Positions 39,296-50,438 are shown, counted from the stretch's first letter. The stretch: 64,000 nucleotides of DNA from an uncultured Planctomycetaceae bacterium (GCA_963785305.1 CAWAUV010000007.1:160001-224000); one strand, 5' to 3'. The notes: generated from the sequence alone by a model not told the origin. Program-made: numbers and translations.

Positions 39296-40339
39296 TCAGG
39301 AGCGTCGTCGGATTTTGGGAAGTTCGGTCCGCCGTGCATGTCCATCCGCGGCGAACCGCAGGCCGGCGTGCGTCGTGATCGGCTCCCACGACTCGTCTTT
39401 CGAGGGAAGGAGCATCAGAACTTCCTTGTATGGCATGCCCTCGGAGAGCTTTTCGTAAATCCAGGAGTCACGGTCTTCGTTCGCGCTTGCCGAGCCACTC
39501 GGTTTGTCTTCTTCGTCATCCTCGTTAGTGGACGTGAAAAGTGATGGCGTGGGCATGGCATGTCCTTGGAAATCCCACGGACCTGCGGCTTGGTCAAAAG
39601 CATTCTTATGGCCGGTTGTCCTGCGACGAAAGATAGCTGTCAATAGTTCTCGTTCAAGCATCGCCTTAATGCGGTTGGCGTCGTCCTTGATAGGAAGCGT
39701 CATATCTAAGTAAATCGTTTCGATCAACTCTGGAAGGATCCCGAGCACACGTTCGGGTTCGTTTTCAAAGTGGTAAATTTTCGGCCCGGTACAGCAATCT
39801 TCGTTAGAATAACACTCGACGAAGTTTGAAACGTCGCTGATGAATGCCCCACTGATGGAAAGAACAAGTCCGTGCGCGCTCGAACCCACGCAACTTTGCC
39901 ACTCGGCGACGCCATCCGAGGCGGCTGCGAACTCTTCATCCGCGAATCCCATAATGTGCCGTAGAACGGCGACCTTCGTTAACACGCCTCGAATACCATT
40001 GGTGACGTTTTGTATACGACTGGAAAGCCCTCCGTGGTGACGGCGCTCTTCCATGTATTTTTCGATATCAAAATCAGAGTCCAAAAAGGTCTCGTCGTTA
40101 TTGAGTTCTTCGCATTTGTCTCTGAGAAAACCGAAAGAGACAAGCAGCCTCCAAGCACAACTCGATGCGGCATGAAGGCTCGAAGCGCCAAGGAATATTT
40201 CGTCAACGTAGGGCCCGGCCGCGATGATCGCGTCGGCGTTATTGGCTACCTGGGGTAGCTCGCAGGCAATGTAAGTTCTTAGGCGCTCCGCGGGATCGAC
40301 GTTATCGCGCGCCGGCTTGTGGGAATGATGATGCGCCAT
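39296..40339 (-). CDS. Hypothetical protein with possible C-terminal DNA-binding segment
   Basis: Lower-GC ORF downstream of the integrase; C-terminal RDSWIYE...G..Y segment. Confidence 0.55.
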   Translation of the reverse strand: MAHHHSHKPARDNVDPAERLRTYIACELPQVANNADAIIAAGPYVDEIFLGASSLHAASSCAWRLLVSFGFLRDKCEELNNDETFLDSDFDIEKYMEERRHHGGLSSRIQNVTNGIRGVLTKVAVLRHIMGFADEEFAAASDGVAEWQSCVGSSAHGLVLSISGAFISDVSNFVECYSNEDCCTGPKIYHFENEPERVLGILPELIETIYLDMTLPIKDDANRIKAMLERELLTAIFRRRTTGHKNAFDQAAGPWDFQGHAMPTPSLFTSTNEDDEEDKPSGSASANEDRDSWIYEKLSEGMPYKEVLMLLPSKDESWEPITTHAGLRFAADGHARRTELPKIRRRS

Positions 40340-40401
40340 ATCTATTTCTCCAAGAATACTTGCGGCCACCGGATGATGTGCTCCGGCGTCAGGGAGGTGA
40401 T

Positions 40402-41628
40402 TCAACCGATTCTTTCCATAACCTGGCACGCGAGCGCGCTATTGCGCTCAGCATAAATCTGCGTGACGTCGGCTTTGCTGTGCCCCAGGACGACTTGGGC
40501 GGCCTCCAGGCCGAATGTCTTCCTAATCTCCGTCGCCGCGGCATGGCGCAGTTGGTTCGGCGCCCAACGATGCGAATCGCGCCAATCGCGTGCCGCTGCG
40601 TGATCGACCCCGTCTGGAACTGGATAGGCCGCGTCGCATGCACGACGTAGAGCCCTGGCATAGGAATCTTTGCTGTACTGGCCAGTAGGGCGGCGGAGCG
40701 GCGCCGCCTTACGGCGGTCAATCTGAGATGGCTGAACTTTCGTTTTGCGATTGTCGCGGAGCTGCTGCTTACGACGTCGCTCGCTATCCGCAGGGGTGAA
40801 GCAAAAAGCGTCGTCGGCGCGAAGCAAATAAGGAAGCAAGATCGCCTGCGCTCTGGGGCCGATGAAGATCACACGCTCTTGACCGTGATGCTCAGTCTTA
40901 TGAGATGCGGGACGGAATTTCCACACGGAAGCCGAACGGTCGACGTCGCAGGGCCGAAGATTGCAAACTTCGCCGGGCCGACATCCCGCAAGTCGCTGGA
41001 ATCGTGCCATGTCAGCAACGACAGACGGAAGGAAGCGGGCAATTTCGTCGAGCAGGTTATCGGGGGCCGACATAACAGGTTTGGACTCGCGAGCCTCTGT
41101 GCGCCCTCGCTGGAGGCCAGCGACCGTTTCGAGCCCCTGGATTACGCTCGGCGGACAAAGCTGCTCGGAAACTGCCCAACGAAAAATGCGCTTTATGCGG
41201 CCGATCCGCGAATTGACTTGTGTCCGGCAGAGCCCATCGTCAATCATTTGTTTTTGAACGGCCTTAAGGGCAATCGGCCCGAAGTCCGAAAGGCGCGTGT
41301 GGCCATAGAGACGCTTGAGCGGGACTGAGGCGAATTTGATGTTATCGACCTCGTGGGTCACCTGTCCATTTTTTCGATAATGGACTTTGGCATGACGAAA
41401 AAACCGGGCGAGAACCTCGACGATCGTCAGATCGCCAATCTCGGACTGTGGGGACGGCAGGCGCCGGCCGCCCGCGAGCCATTCGGCGATGAGCCTATCG
41501 TACTCGCGCTTGCTTGTGCGAGTGCCGTGGACGCCTAGATAGACCTCGTTGCCGTTCAAACGAACGACAGCTTGACCAGAGGCCTTATGGAGCCGGTAGC
41601 GTGGAAATGAACTTGTGAGTCGAGGCAT
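40402..41628 (-). CDS. Tyrosine recombinase (phage integrase)
   Basis: GCRPGEV, HKT.H, QLRH, LGHS...TQIYA catalytic motifs. Confidence 0.95.
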   Translation of the reverse strand: MPRLTSSFPRYRLHKASGQAVVRLNGNEVYLGVHGTRTSKREYDRLIAEWLAGGRRLPSPQSEIGDLTIVEVLARFFRHAKVHYRKNGQVTHEVDNIKFASVPLKRLYGHTRLSDFGPIALKAVQKQMIDDGLCRTQVNSRIGRIKRIFRWAVSEQLCPPSVIQGLETVAGLQRGRTEARESKPVMSAPDNLLDEIARFLPSVVADMARFQRLAGCRPGEVCNLRPCDVDRSASVWKFRPASHKTEHHGQERVIFIGPRAQAILLPYLLRADDAFCFTPADSERRRKQQLRDNRKTKVQPSQIDRRKAAPLRRPTGQYSKDSYARALRRACDAAYPVPDGVDHAAARDWRDSHRWAPNQLRHAAATEIRKTFGLEAAQVVLGHSKADVTQIYAERNSALACQVMERIG

Positions 41629-41748
41629 GTGCGAACCCTCCAGAGGACTCAAATCAGTAGACTACTGATTTGGCTTCGGGACTTTAGGCCGCACTGCCGA
41701 CCATCGGCAGGTAATCTAACGCTTGATTTCGGCAGGACTTAACAAAAG

Positions 41749-41822
41749 CGAGGGTGGGGGGACTCGAACCCCTGACCTCTAGCGTGACAGGCTAGCGCTC
41801 TAACCGACTGAGCTACACCCCC
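41749..41822 (-). tRNA. tRNA-Asp (GTC), CCA not encoded
   Basis: Cloverleaf: GGGGGTG/CACCCTC acceptor stem, TAGCTCAG D-arm, CTGTCAC anticodon loop, GTTCGAG T-loop. Confidence 0.95.
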
Positions 41823-42129
41823 GGATTCGAGCCTCAAGCGCGATCGCCGGAAACTCGCTTGGAAAAACGAAGCATCCGCCGAGCGATCCCTTGGATCGAA
41901 GCCTTGAATTATAGTCCGAAGCTCGGGCCTCGCAAGCCCCGGCCGTTTCGCGCATTTCGCGGCGAGCCCAGGGCCGACTTGGCGCGTTTGGCACGGCAAA
42001 TCCGACGATTCGGCTCTTCCGCTGCCAAGGGCATTGTTCGACGAAAAATCGCGTTTTGGGCAGCGTGTGCTCTCACTGACGCTTCGGGTTGCGATGCGGA
42101 TGGCATTCGGCCGTAGCCCGACGCGTCAG

Positions 42130-42278
42130 CAGCCTGTTGAAATATTCAACAGGCTGCTCCGCCGCATGGATGCGGCGCCAAAATAACGACCTAAGTCGTT
42201 ATTTTGCGAGCCGCGACGAGCTTTGCTCGGCGCTTGGCGAGGTTGAAAAATGCCACGATGGCATTTTTCAACAGGCTG
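42130..42278. mobile_element. 149-bp MITE-like palindromic element
   Basis: TIR CAGCCTGTTGAAA / TTTCAACAGGCTG, flanking TCAG duplication, internal hairpins. Confidence 0.7.
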
Positions 42279-42461
42279 TCAGCGAGGGATTCCGCGATCC
42301 GCCCAGAGCACAACGCGTCGTGACCGCGGCCCGCGCTTACAAGCGGAACAGCCGACGATTTGGGCGTCTCGGGCGATGAACATCGAGATTCGCCGCGGGC
42401 GCCGATTCGCCGCCGCGGGGTTCCCGGCCGGTCCGCCGTGGTGCGCGAGCCCGGCAGCCGC

Positions 42462-43247
42462 TCAGCCGCCGAATTCCGGGCGGCGGCGGCCGAGTTGGCA
42501 CTGCAAGCGCTGCACGATCGAGCTGTGCATCTGGCTCACGCGGCTTTCACTCAGGTCGAGCGTGGCGCCGATCTCTTTCATCGTCAGCTCTTCGTAGTAG
42601 TAGAGAATGATGATCAGCCGCTCGTTGCGATTGAGGCCCTTGGTCACGAGGCGCATCAGGTCGTTTTTCTGAATCCGTCGGGTCGGGTCCTCGCCCTTTT
42701 TATCTTCCAGGATATCGATCTCGCGCACATCCTTGTAGCTGTCGGTCTCGTACCATTTCTTGTTGAGGCTGATCAGGTTGACGGCGTTGGCCTCGATGAC
42801 CATCTTCTCGAGCTCGGCCACCGAGATGCCCATGTGCTCCGAGAGCTCGCCTTCGGTGGGCGCCCGGCCGGTTTTGGCTTCGAGCGTTTTTACCGCTTCG
42901 TTGAGCTTGCTGGCTTTGGAGCGCACCAGGCGGGGCACCCAGTCCATGGTGCGAAGCTCGTCGAGCATGGCGCCGCGGATGCGGGGCACGCAGTAGGTTT
43001 CGAACTTCACGCCGCGCGAGAGGTCAAACGCGTCGATGGCGTCCATCAGGCCGAACACGCCGGCCGACACCAAATCGTCGAGTTCGACGCCCTCGGGCAA
43101 TCGGCTCCAGATGCGCTCGCCGTTGTATTTGACGAGCGGGAGATACATTTCCACCAGCCGATTGCGCAGTTCCTGGCTGTCGGGATTAGCCTTGAACGCG
43201 TGCCAGATCTGAGTGACCTCGTCGGCTGCCAGAGTCGATGTCGCCAT
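42462..43247 (-). CDS. fliA: FliA/WhiG-family sigma-28 factor
   Basis: DDLVSAG, RIRGAMLDELR and EIGATLDLSESRVSQ motifs; in flagellar cluster. Confidence 0.92.
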   Translation of the reverse strand: MATSTLAADEVTQIWHAFKANPDSQELRNRLVEMYLPLVKYNGERIWSRLPEGVELDDLVSAGVFGLMDAIDAFDLSRGVKFETYCVPRIRGAMLDELRTMDWVPRLVRSKASKLNEAVKTLEAKTGRAPTEGELSEHMGISVAELEKMVIEANAVNLISLNKKWYETDSYKDVREIDILEDKKGEDPTRRIQKNDLMRLVTKGLNRNERLIIILYYYEELTMKEIGATLDLSESRVSQMHSSIVQRLQCQLGRRRPEFGG

Positions 43248-43356
43248 TCATTCCTCCGTGAATCGTTCGCGGTTGTTGCCGCTAGTCGAGATCCATCTCT
43301 ACTTTTGCGCCAAGCGACGTCGCCAAGCGAGCGTCGGTTTGGCTCGGGCCGGCCGA

Positions 43357-43617
43357 TCATGTCTTCGTGACGGCTTCGGCGGCCTTTCGATTTTCCGCTT
43401 GCCGGGCCACGGCTTGTGCAGCCGCGCCGCCGCGCACCGACTCCTCGACGATGCGGTCCGCCATCGCGCCGACGACATAGCCGGCAAGCGCGAAGGCAAA
43501 CAACATCAGCGAGGCTTGCCCAAGCGTGGCGTCGACGCCCGCCGAACGAATCATGCCTCGCGCGATCGCGATTGCGAAGGCGACCAGGCCCAACACGCCA
43601 GCATAGTCACGCGCCAC
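43357..43617 (-). CDS. Small membrane protein
   Basis: Two hydrophobic helices; upstream of fliA. Confidence 0.55.
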   Translation of the reverse strand: MARDYAGVLGLVAFAIAIARGMIRSAGVDATLGQASLMLFAFALAGYVVGAMADRIVEESVRGGAAAQAVARQAENRKAAEAVTKT

Positions 43618-43855
43618 CGGGGCGATCCTCGCAGCCACAAAGTCGAGTTAACCGGCAAACTCCGCCGCTCGGCTATCGAGCGGGGGCGTCCTGTCTTATC
43701 GACCAAAGGGCTGCTCGGGGTTGAATCAATCTTTTCGAGTACTCCGCGCGGTTCTGTTTGTTTGGAAGTTCGTTGTTCTTGAAAGTGTTCCCGTGTTCGT
43801 TTTCGCGACGCCAGTCCGCTCCGCGAGGCAACGCAAGGCGCCTCGAAGCAAGGTT

Positions 43856-44702
43856 TCACGCGGCTTGCCGTCCGGAGCGGGGTCTCGAGCCGCGGAGCCG
43901 GGTCCACATCGCGTCGGCCCAACGTTCGAGTTGTTCGGCGCTCGCGCCGCCGGTCGTGGGCCAGAGAAACGAGCGGCCGGCGCTCGTGGCGGCCTTGATC
44001 GCGGGGTCGGCCTCGAGGCACAACGGCTCCGAGAGCGCGAGCCCCAAGAACTTGCGGCACGCGCCCGCGATGCGAGCATGGGCATCGGTTGCTTCCGACC
44101 CAGTGGCGCCGTTGATCGCCACGCTCACGGTCGCCTCGGTGGCGCCGGCCAAGAGCATTTTGATCGCGGCATAGGATTCCATCACCGCCTCGGCGTCGGC
44201 CGCGGCCACGAGCAGCACCAGATCGGACGCCTGCCAAAAGCGGCGCACGAACGCATTGCGGCGCTGCCCAGGTCGAGCACCACCACGTCGGCATGCAGGC
44301 CCAAATGTTGCAGTTCCCCGAGAAAGCGGGTTTGCGCGGCGGGCGAGGAGTCGGGAAATTCACCGGGGGCCCAAGCGCCGCCCAGCATTTGAATACCGGC
44401 TGGTCCGCCATCGAGCGCTTCATGAATCGAAAGTCGGCCGGCGAGCACATCGGCCAGCGAGCCGCGTTCGCTGCCGCGACGCCAAGGGCCCATGCCGCCG
44501 CGATCGAGATCGCTATCAACCCACACCGCGCGATTGCCCAGGCGCGCCAGCGCCACGGCGAGGTTGAATGCAATGGTCGAAGCGCCGACGCCGCCCTTGC
44601 CACCACTGACCGCAATGATCCGCGGCGCCGGCCGGCCGGTGGCCGCCGGCGCATGAATCCGCGCGCGAGCGCTCGGAGTTCGTCTGCTTGATCGTGTGCC
44701 AT
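43856..44702 (-). CDS. flhG: FlhG/MinD-like ATPase (several apparent frameshifts)
   Basis: Starts HDQADELR; SGGKGGVG in an alternate frame; follows flhF. Confidence 0.65.
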
Positions 44703-44874
44703 ACGGCTATCCGCGCATTCGTTGGAAGGGGCGCCCTTGGTCCGACTTCCAGAAGCCGGACCGAGGTCGTGGTGATGTTGATTTATGCGTCTCGGTCGTC
44801 ATGAATCTCGGCCCTCGATCTCCCGCGATCTCCCGCCCGCCGCGTCGCCAACCGGCGCGCTCCCGCGCGGAGCG

Positions 44875-46211
44875 TCATTCGATACCCACCATTCGCCGGG
44901 CCAAGGCGCCCGAGTCGGCGGCGGCGATATCATCGGGCACATTTTGGCCCACGGTCACATAACTGATCGGCAACCCGCTGGTGCGCACCAGCGGCAGCAG
45001 CGCGCCGAGGCTCTTGGCTTCGTCGAGCTTCGTGAGCACCAAGGCCGTGGCGCCCGCGGCGACAAAGCTCTCGGCGGTTTGTTTTTGACTCGCGATATTG
45101 GCAGTGCTGCTAAGCACCAAATGCACTTCGTCGGGCCGCGCTTCGGCGAGCATCGCGCGCAGTTCGTCGATCTGGCGATCATCGCGCGCGCTGCGTCCGG
45201 CGGTGTCGAGCAAAATGAGGTCCATCGAGGCGAGCCTCGCCACCGCGTCGCGCATTTCGGCGGGCGTCGAGACCACTTCCATCGGCAGGTCCATGATGCC
45301 GGCATAGGCGCCAAGTTGTTCCACGGCGGCGATGCGATAGGTGTCGACCGTGATCAGTCCGACGCGCCGCTTTTGCCGCAAGCGATAGTGCGCGGCGAGC
45401 TTGGCGATGGTGGTCGTCTTGCCGACTCCGGTCGGGCCGACCAGCGCCACCAGCCGCCGCCGGCCTTCGGTCAACCGAATGGTTCCCGCGATCGGGATCT
45501 CGGCCGCCACAAGCCCGGCGACACGATGCCTGAGCGCGGCGATGTCGTCGCGGTCGGCAAGGTCGCTCGCGGTGCGCAGCCGGTCGATCAGTTCGCGAGC
45601 CGCGCTCTCGGCCATGTCGGCGTCGAGGAGCTCGGCGTAGACACGGTACAAGCTCTCCGAAAGATCGCTGGCCGAGCTCGATCCCCGACGGCACAGGTCC
45701 GTCACCATCGTTTGCAGATCGGTGAGTTGCGATTGCATGCGGCGAGTGAGCACCGCCGGCTCGGGGCCGGCAAGGTCGAGCCCCGAGTCGCTATCCTCGG
45801 CCGTGGGCACGAAATGAGCGCGCGGCGCGGCCAAGGAAGCGGCGCGCCGCGGCGGCATCGTGGGCTCGGCGAGCCCGCTCCCGGAAGCGGTTTGATACGC
45901 GGCCACGGGATCGAGGGCGCTTCGGTCGGACATGCTTCGCGCGGCAACGCTTCCATCGCCGACGCCGCGCTCGAAGCCGACCCGATCGACTGGCCGCGCC
46001 GGGGCGCGGGCGGGGTCGAGCGGCGCAATCGACTGGGCGCCTCGATCACGTTCGAAGCCGTGACTTCGATCAGCCTCGCGCCGCCGAGCCAGCCTCGCAA
46101 GCCATCGCGCACCTCGCGAGTGCGGAGCACCGAGGCTTCGCTACCCAGCTCGCGGCGCACCAGCGCAAGCGCTTCCGGCAACGATCGGGCACGAAAAGTT
46201 CTTATATCCAT
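44875..46211 (-). CDS. flhF: Flagellar SRP-type GTPase FlhF (frameshift near 45935)
   Basis: GPTGVGKTTTIAKLAA, DTAGR, TKLDE and GQNVPDD motifs. Confidence 0.9.
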
Positions 46212-46276
46212 CGAGCAGCTTTCACATCGAATAGTCGCTGAAATGCAATCGTGCTAAGGGCAAATCCTTCGGCGGT

Positions 46277-48370
46277 TCATTTCACGTCCGACACCACCGC
46301 CACCGCTTCGATCCGTGTGTCGCGCGTCACTTCGTTGTAGCTCAGCACCACCAGCCGCGGCAGTTGCGAGCTCGTCATTTGCTTGAGGCCCGGACGAATT
46401 TGCGGGCTCACGAGCACGATGCCCGGCCGTCCGGCGTTCGAGAGTTTTTCCGCGTCGGCGGCGATCAACCTGCACGTGGCCTCGATCGCGGGCGGCGACA
46501 TGCGCACGAACAGGCCGCGCTCGTTGTGTTCCAGGCCCGCCCGAATGCGATCCTCGAGCGCCGGATCGAGCGTGACCACATGCAAGCGATTGTCCTTGCC
46601 GCGATAGCGGGTGCAGATCGCGCGGGCCAGCCGATGGCGAACGTATTCCGTGAGCAGCACCGGATCTTTCGTGCGCGGGGCATATTCGCCGAGCGTTTCC
46701 AAGATCGGGGCGAGTTGCCGAATCGATACTTGCTCGCGGAGCAGGTTTTGCAGAATCTGTTGCACTTCCACCAGTTTCATCTGGCTCGGAATCAGTTCAT
46801 CGACCACGGCGGGCGACGACTTCTTGATCTCGTCGATCAGATGCTTGGTGGCGTCGCGCGTGAGGATTTCGTCGGCGTGGCGTCGCACGACTTCCGTCAG
46901 ATGCGTCGCCAACACGCTTGCCGGCTCGACCACCGTGTAACCGAAAAGCTCCGCCTGATCGCGCACACCGGGCTCGATCCACACGGCCGGCGTGTTGAAG
47001 GCCGGCTCGCGCGTGGCGATGCCCTTGACGCGGCCGGTCGTGGCGCTCGATTCCATGGCCAAGAGCAAGTTCGGATGCACCACGCCTTCGGCCACGACCA
47101 TGTCGGCGATCTTGATGCGGTACTGGGTTTGCTCGAGCCGCATATTGTCGCGAATGCGCACCTTGGGCATGATGAGCCCCATGTCGCTGGCGATATTTTG
47201 TCGCACGCGCTGTACCCGTTCGAGCAGATCGCCACCGCGCTTCGGATCGGCCAGGCGAATCAGGCCCACCCCGATCTCGACTTCCATCGGGTCAACCGCC
47301 AGATAGTCCTCGATGCGTTCGTCGGGCGCTTTCTTGGTTTCGACCTTGGATTTGGCCGCCGCTTGCGTCGTGGCCGCGGCTTCGCGCCGCGTGAGCATCA
47401 CGGAGAGCGCGACGCAGCCGCCGGCGATCGTGAGCAGCGGAGTCTTCGGCAGACTCGTGAAGATGAGAATTCCGAGAAAGCCGCCGGTCACGGCCAACGT
47501 GCGCGGACGCGAAAACAGTTGGTTGACCACTTGCGCCGGCAGATTCGTGTCGCCGCTGCTGCGGGTCACCAGCAAACCGGCCGCGAGCGAGATCAGAAAA
47601 GCGGGCACCTGGCTCACGAGGCCATCGCCGATGGTGAGCTTGGTGAAGAGCGCCGCGGCCTGGCCGATGTCCATTCCGGCGTCGACCACGCCGATCACGA
47701 GTCCGCCGATGATGTTGATGAGCGTGATGATGATGCCGGCGATCGCGTCGCCGCGGACGAACTTGCTGGCGCCGTCCATGGCGCCGAAGAAGTCGGCCTG
47801 CTGCGAGATTTCGGTTCGGCGGCGTTGGGCTTCGCGCTCGTCGATGATGCCGGCGTTGAGATCGGCGTCGACCGCCATCTGCCGGCCCGGCATGCCGTCC
47901 AAGGCAAACCGCGCGGCGACTTCGCTGATGCGCGTGGCGCCCTTGGTGATCACCACGAACTGGATCACGACGATGATGACGAAGATGATGATTCCGACGA
48001 CGATCTTATCGCCCGCGACGAATTCGCCGAAGCTTCGCACCACGCCTCCGGCCGCGAGCATGCCTTGCCGCTCGGCGTGGGTGAGAATCAGCCGGGTCGT
48101 GGCCACGTTGAGCACCAGCCGCCCGAGGGTGGTGGCCAAAAGGAGCGAGGGAAAAATGCTGAACTCGAGCGGCGTGCGCACATAGATCGTGGTCAAGAGC
48201 ACGATGACCGACAAACTAACGTTGCACGCCAAAAGCACGTCCATGACCGGCGTGGGCAGCGGCACCAGAATCACCAGCACGCTGGCGATCATGGCCACTG
48301 GAAACACGAGGTCTTGAAGACGCGCGAACGGTCGTCGAGCGGAGGCAGCTATAGCGCCTGCAGCCATCAC
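46277..48370 (-). CDS. flhA: Flagellar export protein FlhA
   Basis: EVAARFALDGMPGRQM and GAMDGASKFVRGD motifs. Confidence 0.95.
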   Translation of the reverse strand: MMAAGAIAASARRPFARLQDLVFPVAMIASVLVILVPLPTPVMDVLLACNVSLSVIVLLTTIYVRTPLEFSIFPSLLLATTLGRLVLNVATTRLILTHAERQGMLAAGGVVRSFGEFVAGDKIVVGIIIFVIIVVIQFVVITKGATRISEVAARFALDGMPGRQMAVDADLNAGIIDEREAQRRRTEISQQADFFGAMDGASKFVRGDAIAGIIITLINIIGGLVIGVVDAGMDIGQAAALFTKLTIGDGLVSQVPAFLISLAAGLLVTRSSGDTNLPAQVVNQLFSRPRTLAVTGGFLGILIFTSLPKTPLLTIAGGCVALSVMLTRREAAATTQAAAKSKVETKKAPDERIEDYLAVDPMEVEIGVGLIRLADPKRGGDLLERVQRVRQNIASDMGLIMPKVRIRDNMRLEQTQYRIKIADMVVAEGVVHPNLLLAMESSATTGRVKGIATREPAFNTPAVWIEPGVRDQAELFGYTVVEPASVLATHLTEVVRRHADEILTRDATKHLIDEIKKSSPAVVDELIPSQMKLVEVQQILQNLLREQVSIRQLAPILETLGEYAPRTKDPVLLTEYVRHRLARAICTRYRGKDNRLHVVTLDPALEDRIRAGLEHNERGLFVRMSPPAIEATCRLIAADAEKLSNAGRPGIVLVSPQIRPGLKQMTSSQLPRLVVLSYNEVTRDTRIEAVAVVSDVK

Positions 48371-48775
48371 AGCTCCCGAAAAATCGAATAAATGTCAGAA
48401 CGACAGGGACTTGTCGCGATTCGCCGTCAGCAGCGCCGCTGGTTTCCGGCGCCGGATTGCCATCGGCGACTCCCGCCGAGATGAGGGGCGGAAATTAGTG
48501 CAAACCCCCGCCAATGTCCAGTCCGGTTTCGGGGGGCGCCTCCCCGATCGCCCCGCGGCGGAGCAAGCCGCTGGAATCGCCGGCGGCGCCGCCGCCGGGC
48601 GGGCTCGCCCGCGTGCCACGAATCGGGCTTTTTTCGCCGGGCAAATCGTCTCGCGCCGCTCGCTCGCCGCCGCCGGAACTGATATATTGACAGCGCGGTT
48701 CGAGCGGTCGACTCCGCGCCGAGACGTTCGGCGACTTGTATTTGGCGCCGGCAATCGCTCGCGCCGCCAGCAGCC

Positions 48776-49978
48776 ATGAACGATAGCATTCCAAAGGCCG
48801 ATTCCGTCGTGACCAACACGGTAGTCGCTATTCCACTTGCCGGTCCGCTGGCCGGCTCCGAGCGCATCGGCGCCAAGGCCGATTCGCGGCGCCGCGCCCC
48901 GTTTTTCGCCGGACCGGAAAACCGCTTGACCCAAGTGGCGCTTGACGAAGTGCTCGGTCGGCAGTCGACGATGCACAGCCCGCTGGTGCTTCATGGCCCG
49001 GCCGCCGCCGGCAAGAGCCATCTGGTCGTGGGGCTGGCCCAGTGGTGGCGCCAGCATCGCAAGGGCGAGAGTGTCGTGCTCTTGGGCGGGCGGCAGTTCG
49101 TGGAACAGGTCGCGGCCGCGACCGATATTCATGACCAATTGTCGTGGCGCGAGCAGTGCCGCGGCGCGAGCTTGTTCGTGCTCGACGATCTCGCGCCGCT
49201 CGCCGGCCGCCGCGCGGCACAGCATGAGCTCTGCCGCATTCTCGATTGTCTGGATCTCTCCGGCGGTCTTGCCATCGTGACCTCCCGCACTCCGCCCGGA
49301 AACATCGCCGGCCTGGCGCCGAGCCTCGTGAGCCGGTTGTCGGCCGGTTTGGCGGCGCCACTGGCGTTGCCGGGCGCGGCGGCGCGGCGGGCGATCGTCG
49401 AATCGCTGATCGTGGCGATGCGGCTGCCGATCTCGCGCGAAGCGGCTCACATGTTGGCCGATGGCATCGCCTCGAGCGCTTCGGCCCTGGCCCAGGCGCT
49501 CTCGGAGCTCGACGCCTCGCTGGCGCCGGGTTCGCCCCTGGGTCGCGAAGCGCCCGCGCGAGGCGACGTCGGCTCGAGGCATGCGCGTTCGACCGATGGC
49601 GATCCGACGATCGTCGTCCACGACGACGCGCCGTCGATCGATGCGCGGGCCGTGCAATCGCTGCTCAATCAATCCGCGCCGGCGGCGGCTCCCACTCCGC
49701 GAGCCGTGGCGATGCAAGTGGCCAAATATTTTCGCCTCACCCTGGCCGACTTGAAGAGTCCGGCCCGGCGCCAAGCGCTGGTGCTGGCCCGCGGGGTGGC
49801 GTTCGTGCTGATTCGTGAAATGACCGATAAGAGCCTCGAACAGATTGGGGCATATTTTGGCGGACGCGATCATTCGACCGTCCTGCACTCCTGCCGTCGG
49901 ACTGAAAAACTTGCCCAGCGCGACGCCACGGTGCGGGCGGCCATGACGGATCTCAAGCGACGACTAACGTCGGATTGA
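48776..49978 (+). CDS. dnaA: Chromosomal replication initiator DnaA (divergent, short N-terminus)
   Basis: GPAAAGKSHL Walker A, SRLSAG, IGAYFGGRDHSTVLH domain IV; upstream of dnaN. Confidence 0.85.
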   Translation: MNDSIPKADSVVTNTVVAIPLAGPLAGSERIGAKADSRRRAPFFAGPENRLTQVALDEVLGRQSTMHSPLVLHGPAAAGKSHLVVGLAQWWRQHRKGESVVLLGGRQFVEQVAAATDIHDQLSWREQCRGASLFVLDDLAPLAGRRAAQHELCRILDCLDLSGGLAIVTSRTPPGNIAGLAPSLVSRLSAGLAAPLALPGAAARRAIVESLIVAMRLPISREAAHMLADGIASSASALAQALSELDASLAPGSPLGREAPARGDVGSRHARSTDGDPTIVVHDDAPSIDARAVQSLLNQSAPAAAPTPRAVAMQVAKYFRLTLADLKSPARRQALVLARGVAFVLIREMTDKSLEQIGAYFGGRDHSTVLHSCRRTEKLAQRDATVRAAMTDLKRRLTSD

Positions 49979-50438
49979 AAGCCCTCGGATCGAATGCCCA
50001 CGCGCCTCGGGCCGGCATATTTCCGGGCGGGGGCGGGGCAGCGGCCGGGGGTTCATGGCTGCCGTGTAAAACTTGTTAATGACTGTCGCGAAAAGTTCAT
50101 GATTCGAACCGCTATCAACACCCAGGGGCGTCGCCACTCGCCGGTCGATCAAGCATCGACGCTCGCGCGACAGCCCATCGACGCGCCGCCGACACGATAT
50201 CCACGCCAGGCGCGATGTCGGCGAGCGATGTCAAACCCCTGCCCACGTCAGGGTTAGCTCGCCGCGCGCGGCGGCCGCCGACCTCTCGCGAGCCGCCTCT
50301 TCTACCACTACTAAAAATCTTATTTAAGAACAGAAGAACCCAAGACCATCGAGTTGTTGACCAAATGCAGCTCTCGCCGGCGCCGCTTCCCCGTTAGCCG
50401 CCGCGAGGGCTTTCCGAACGAAAGGGATTGCTCTCACG
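49979..50438. other. Candidate oriC
   Basis: dnaA-dnaN intergenic region; trio-like CTTCTACCACTACTA (50299-50313) followed by an AT-rich tract; degenerate DnaA-box-like 9-mers such as CTATCAACA. Confidence 0.55.

Larger units (their letters stand above)
1..41748. mobile_element. Lambda-like prophage integrated at the tRNA-Asp 3' end; left end lies outside the window
   Basis: Integrase next to the tRNA 3' end, followed by excisionase, primase, GpA terminase, portal, S49 protease, capsid, tail tube, chaperone and tape measure genes, mostly on the minus strand. Confidence 0.93.

Noticed and set aside
41700..41790. Exact att core
   Set aside because: The partner att site is outside the window, so the core cannot be defined.
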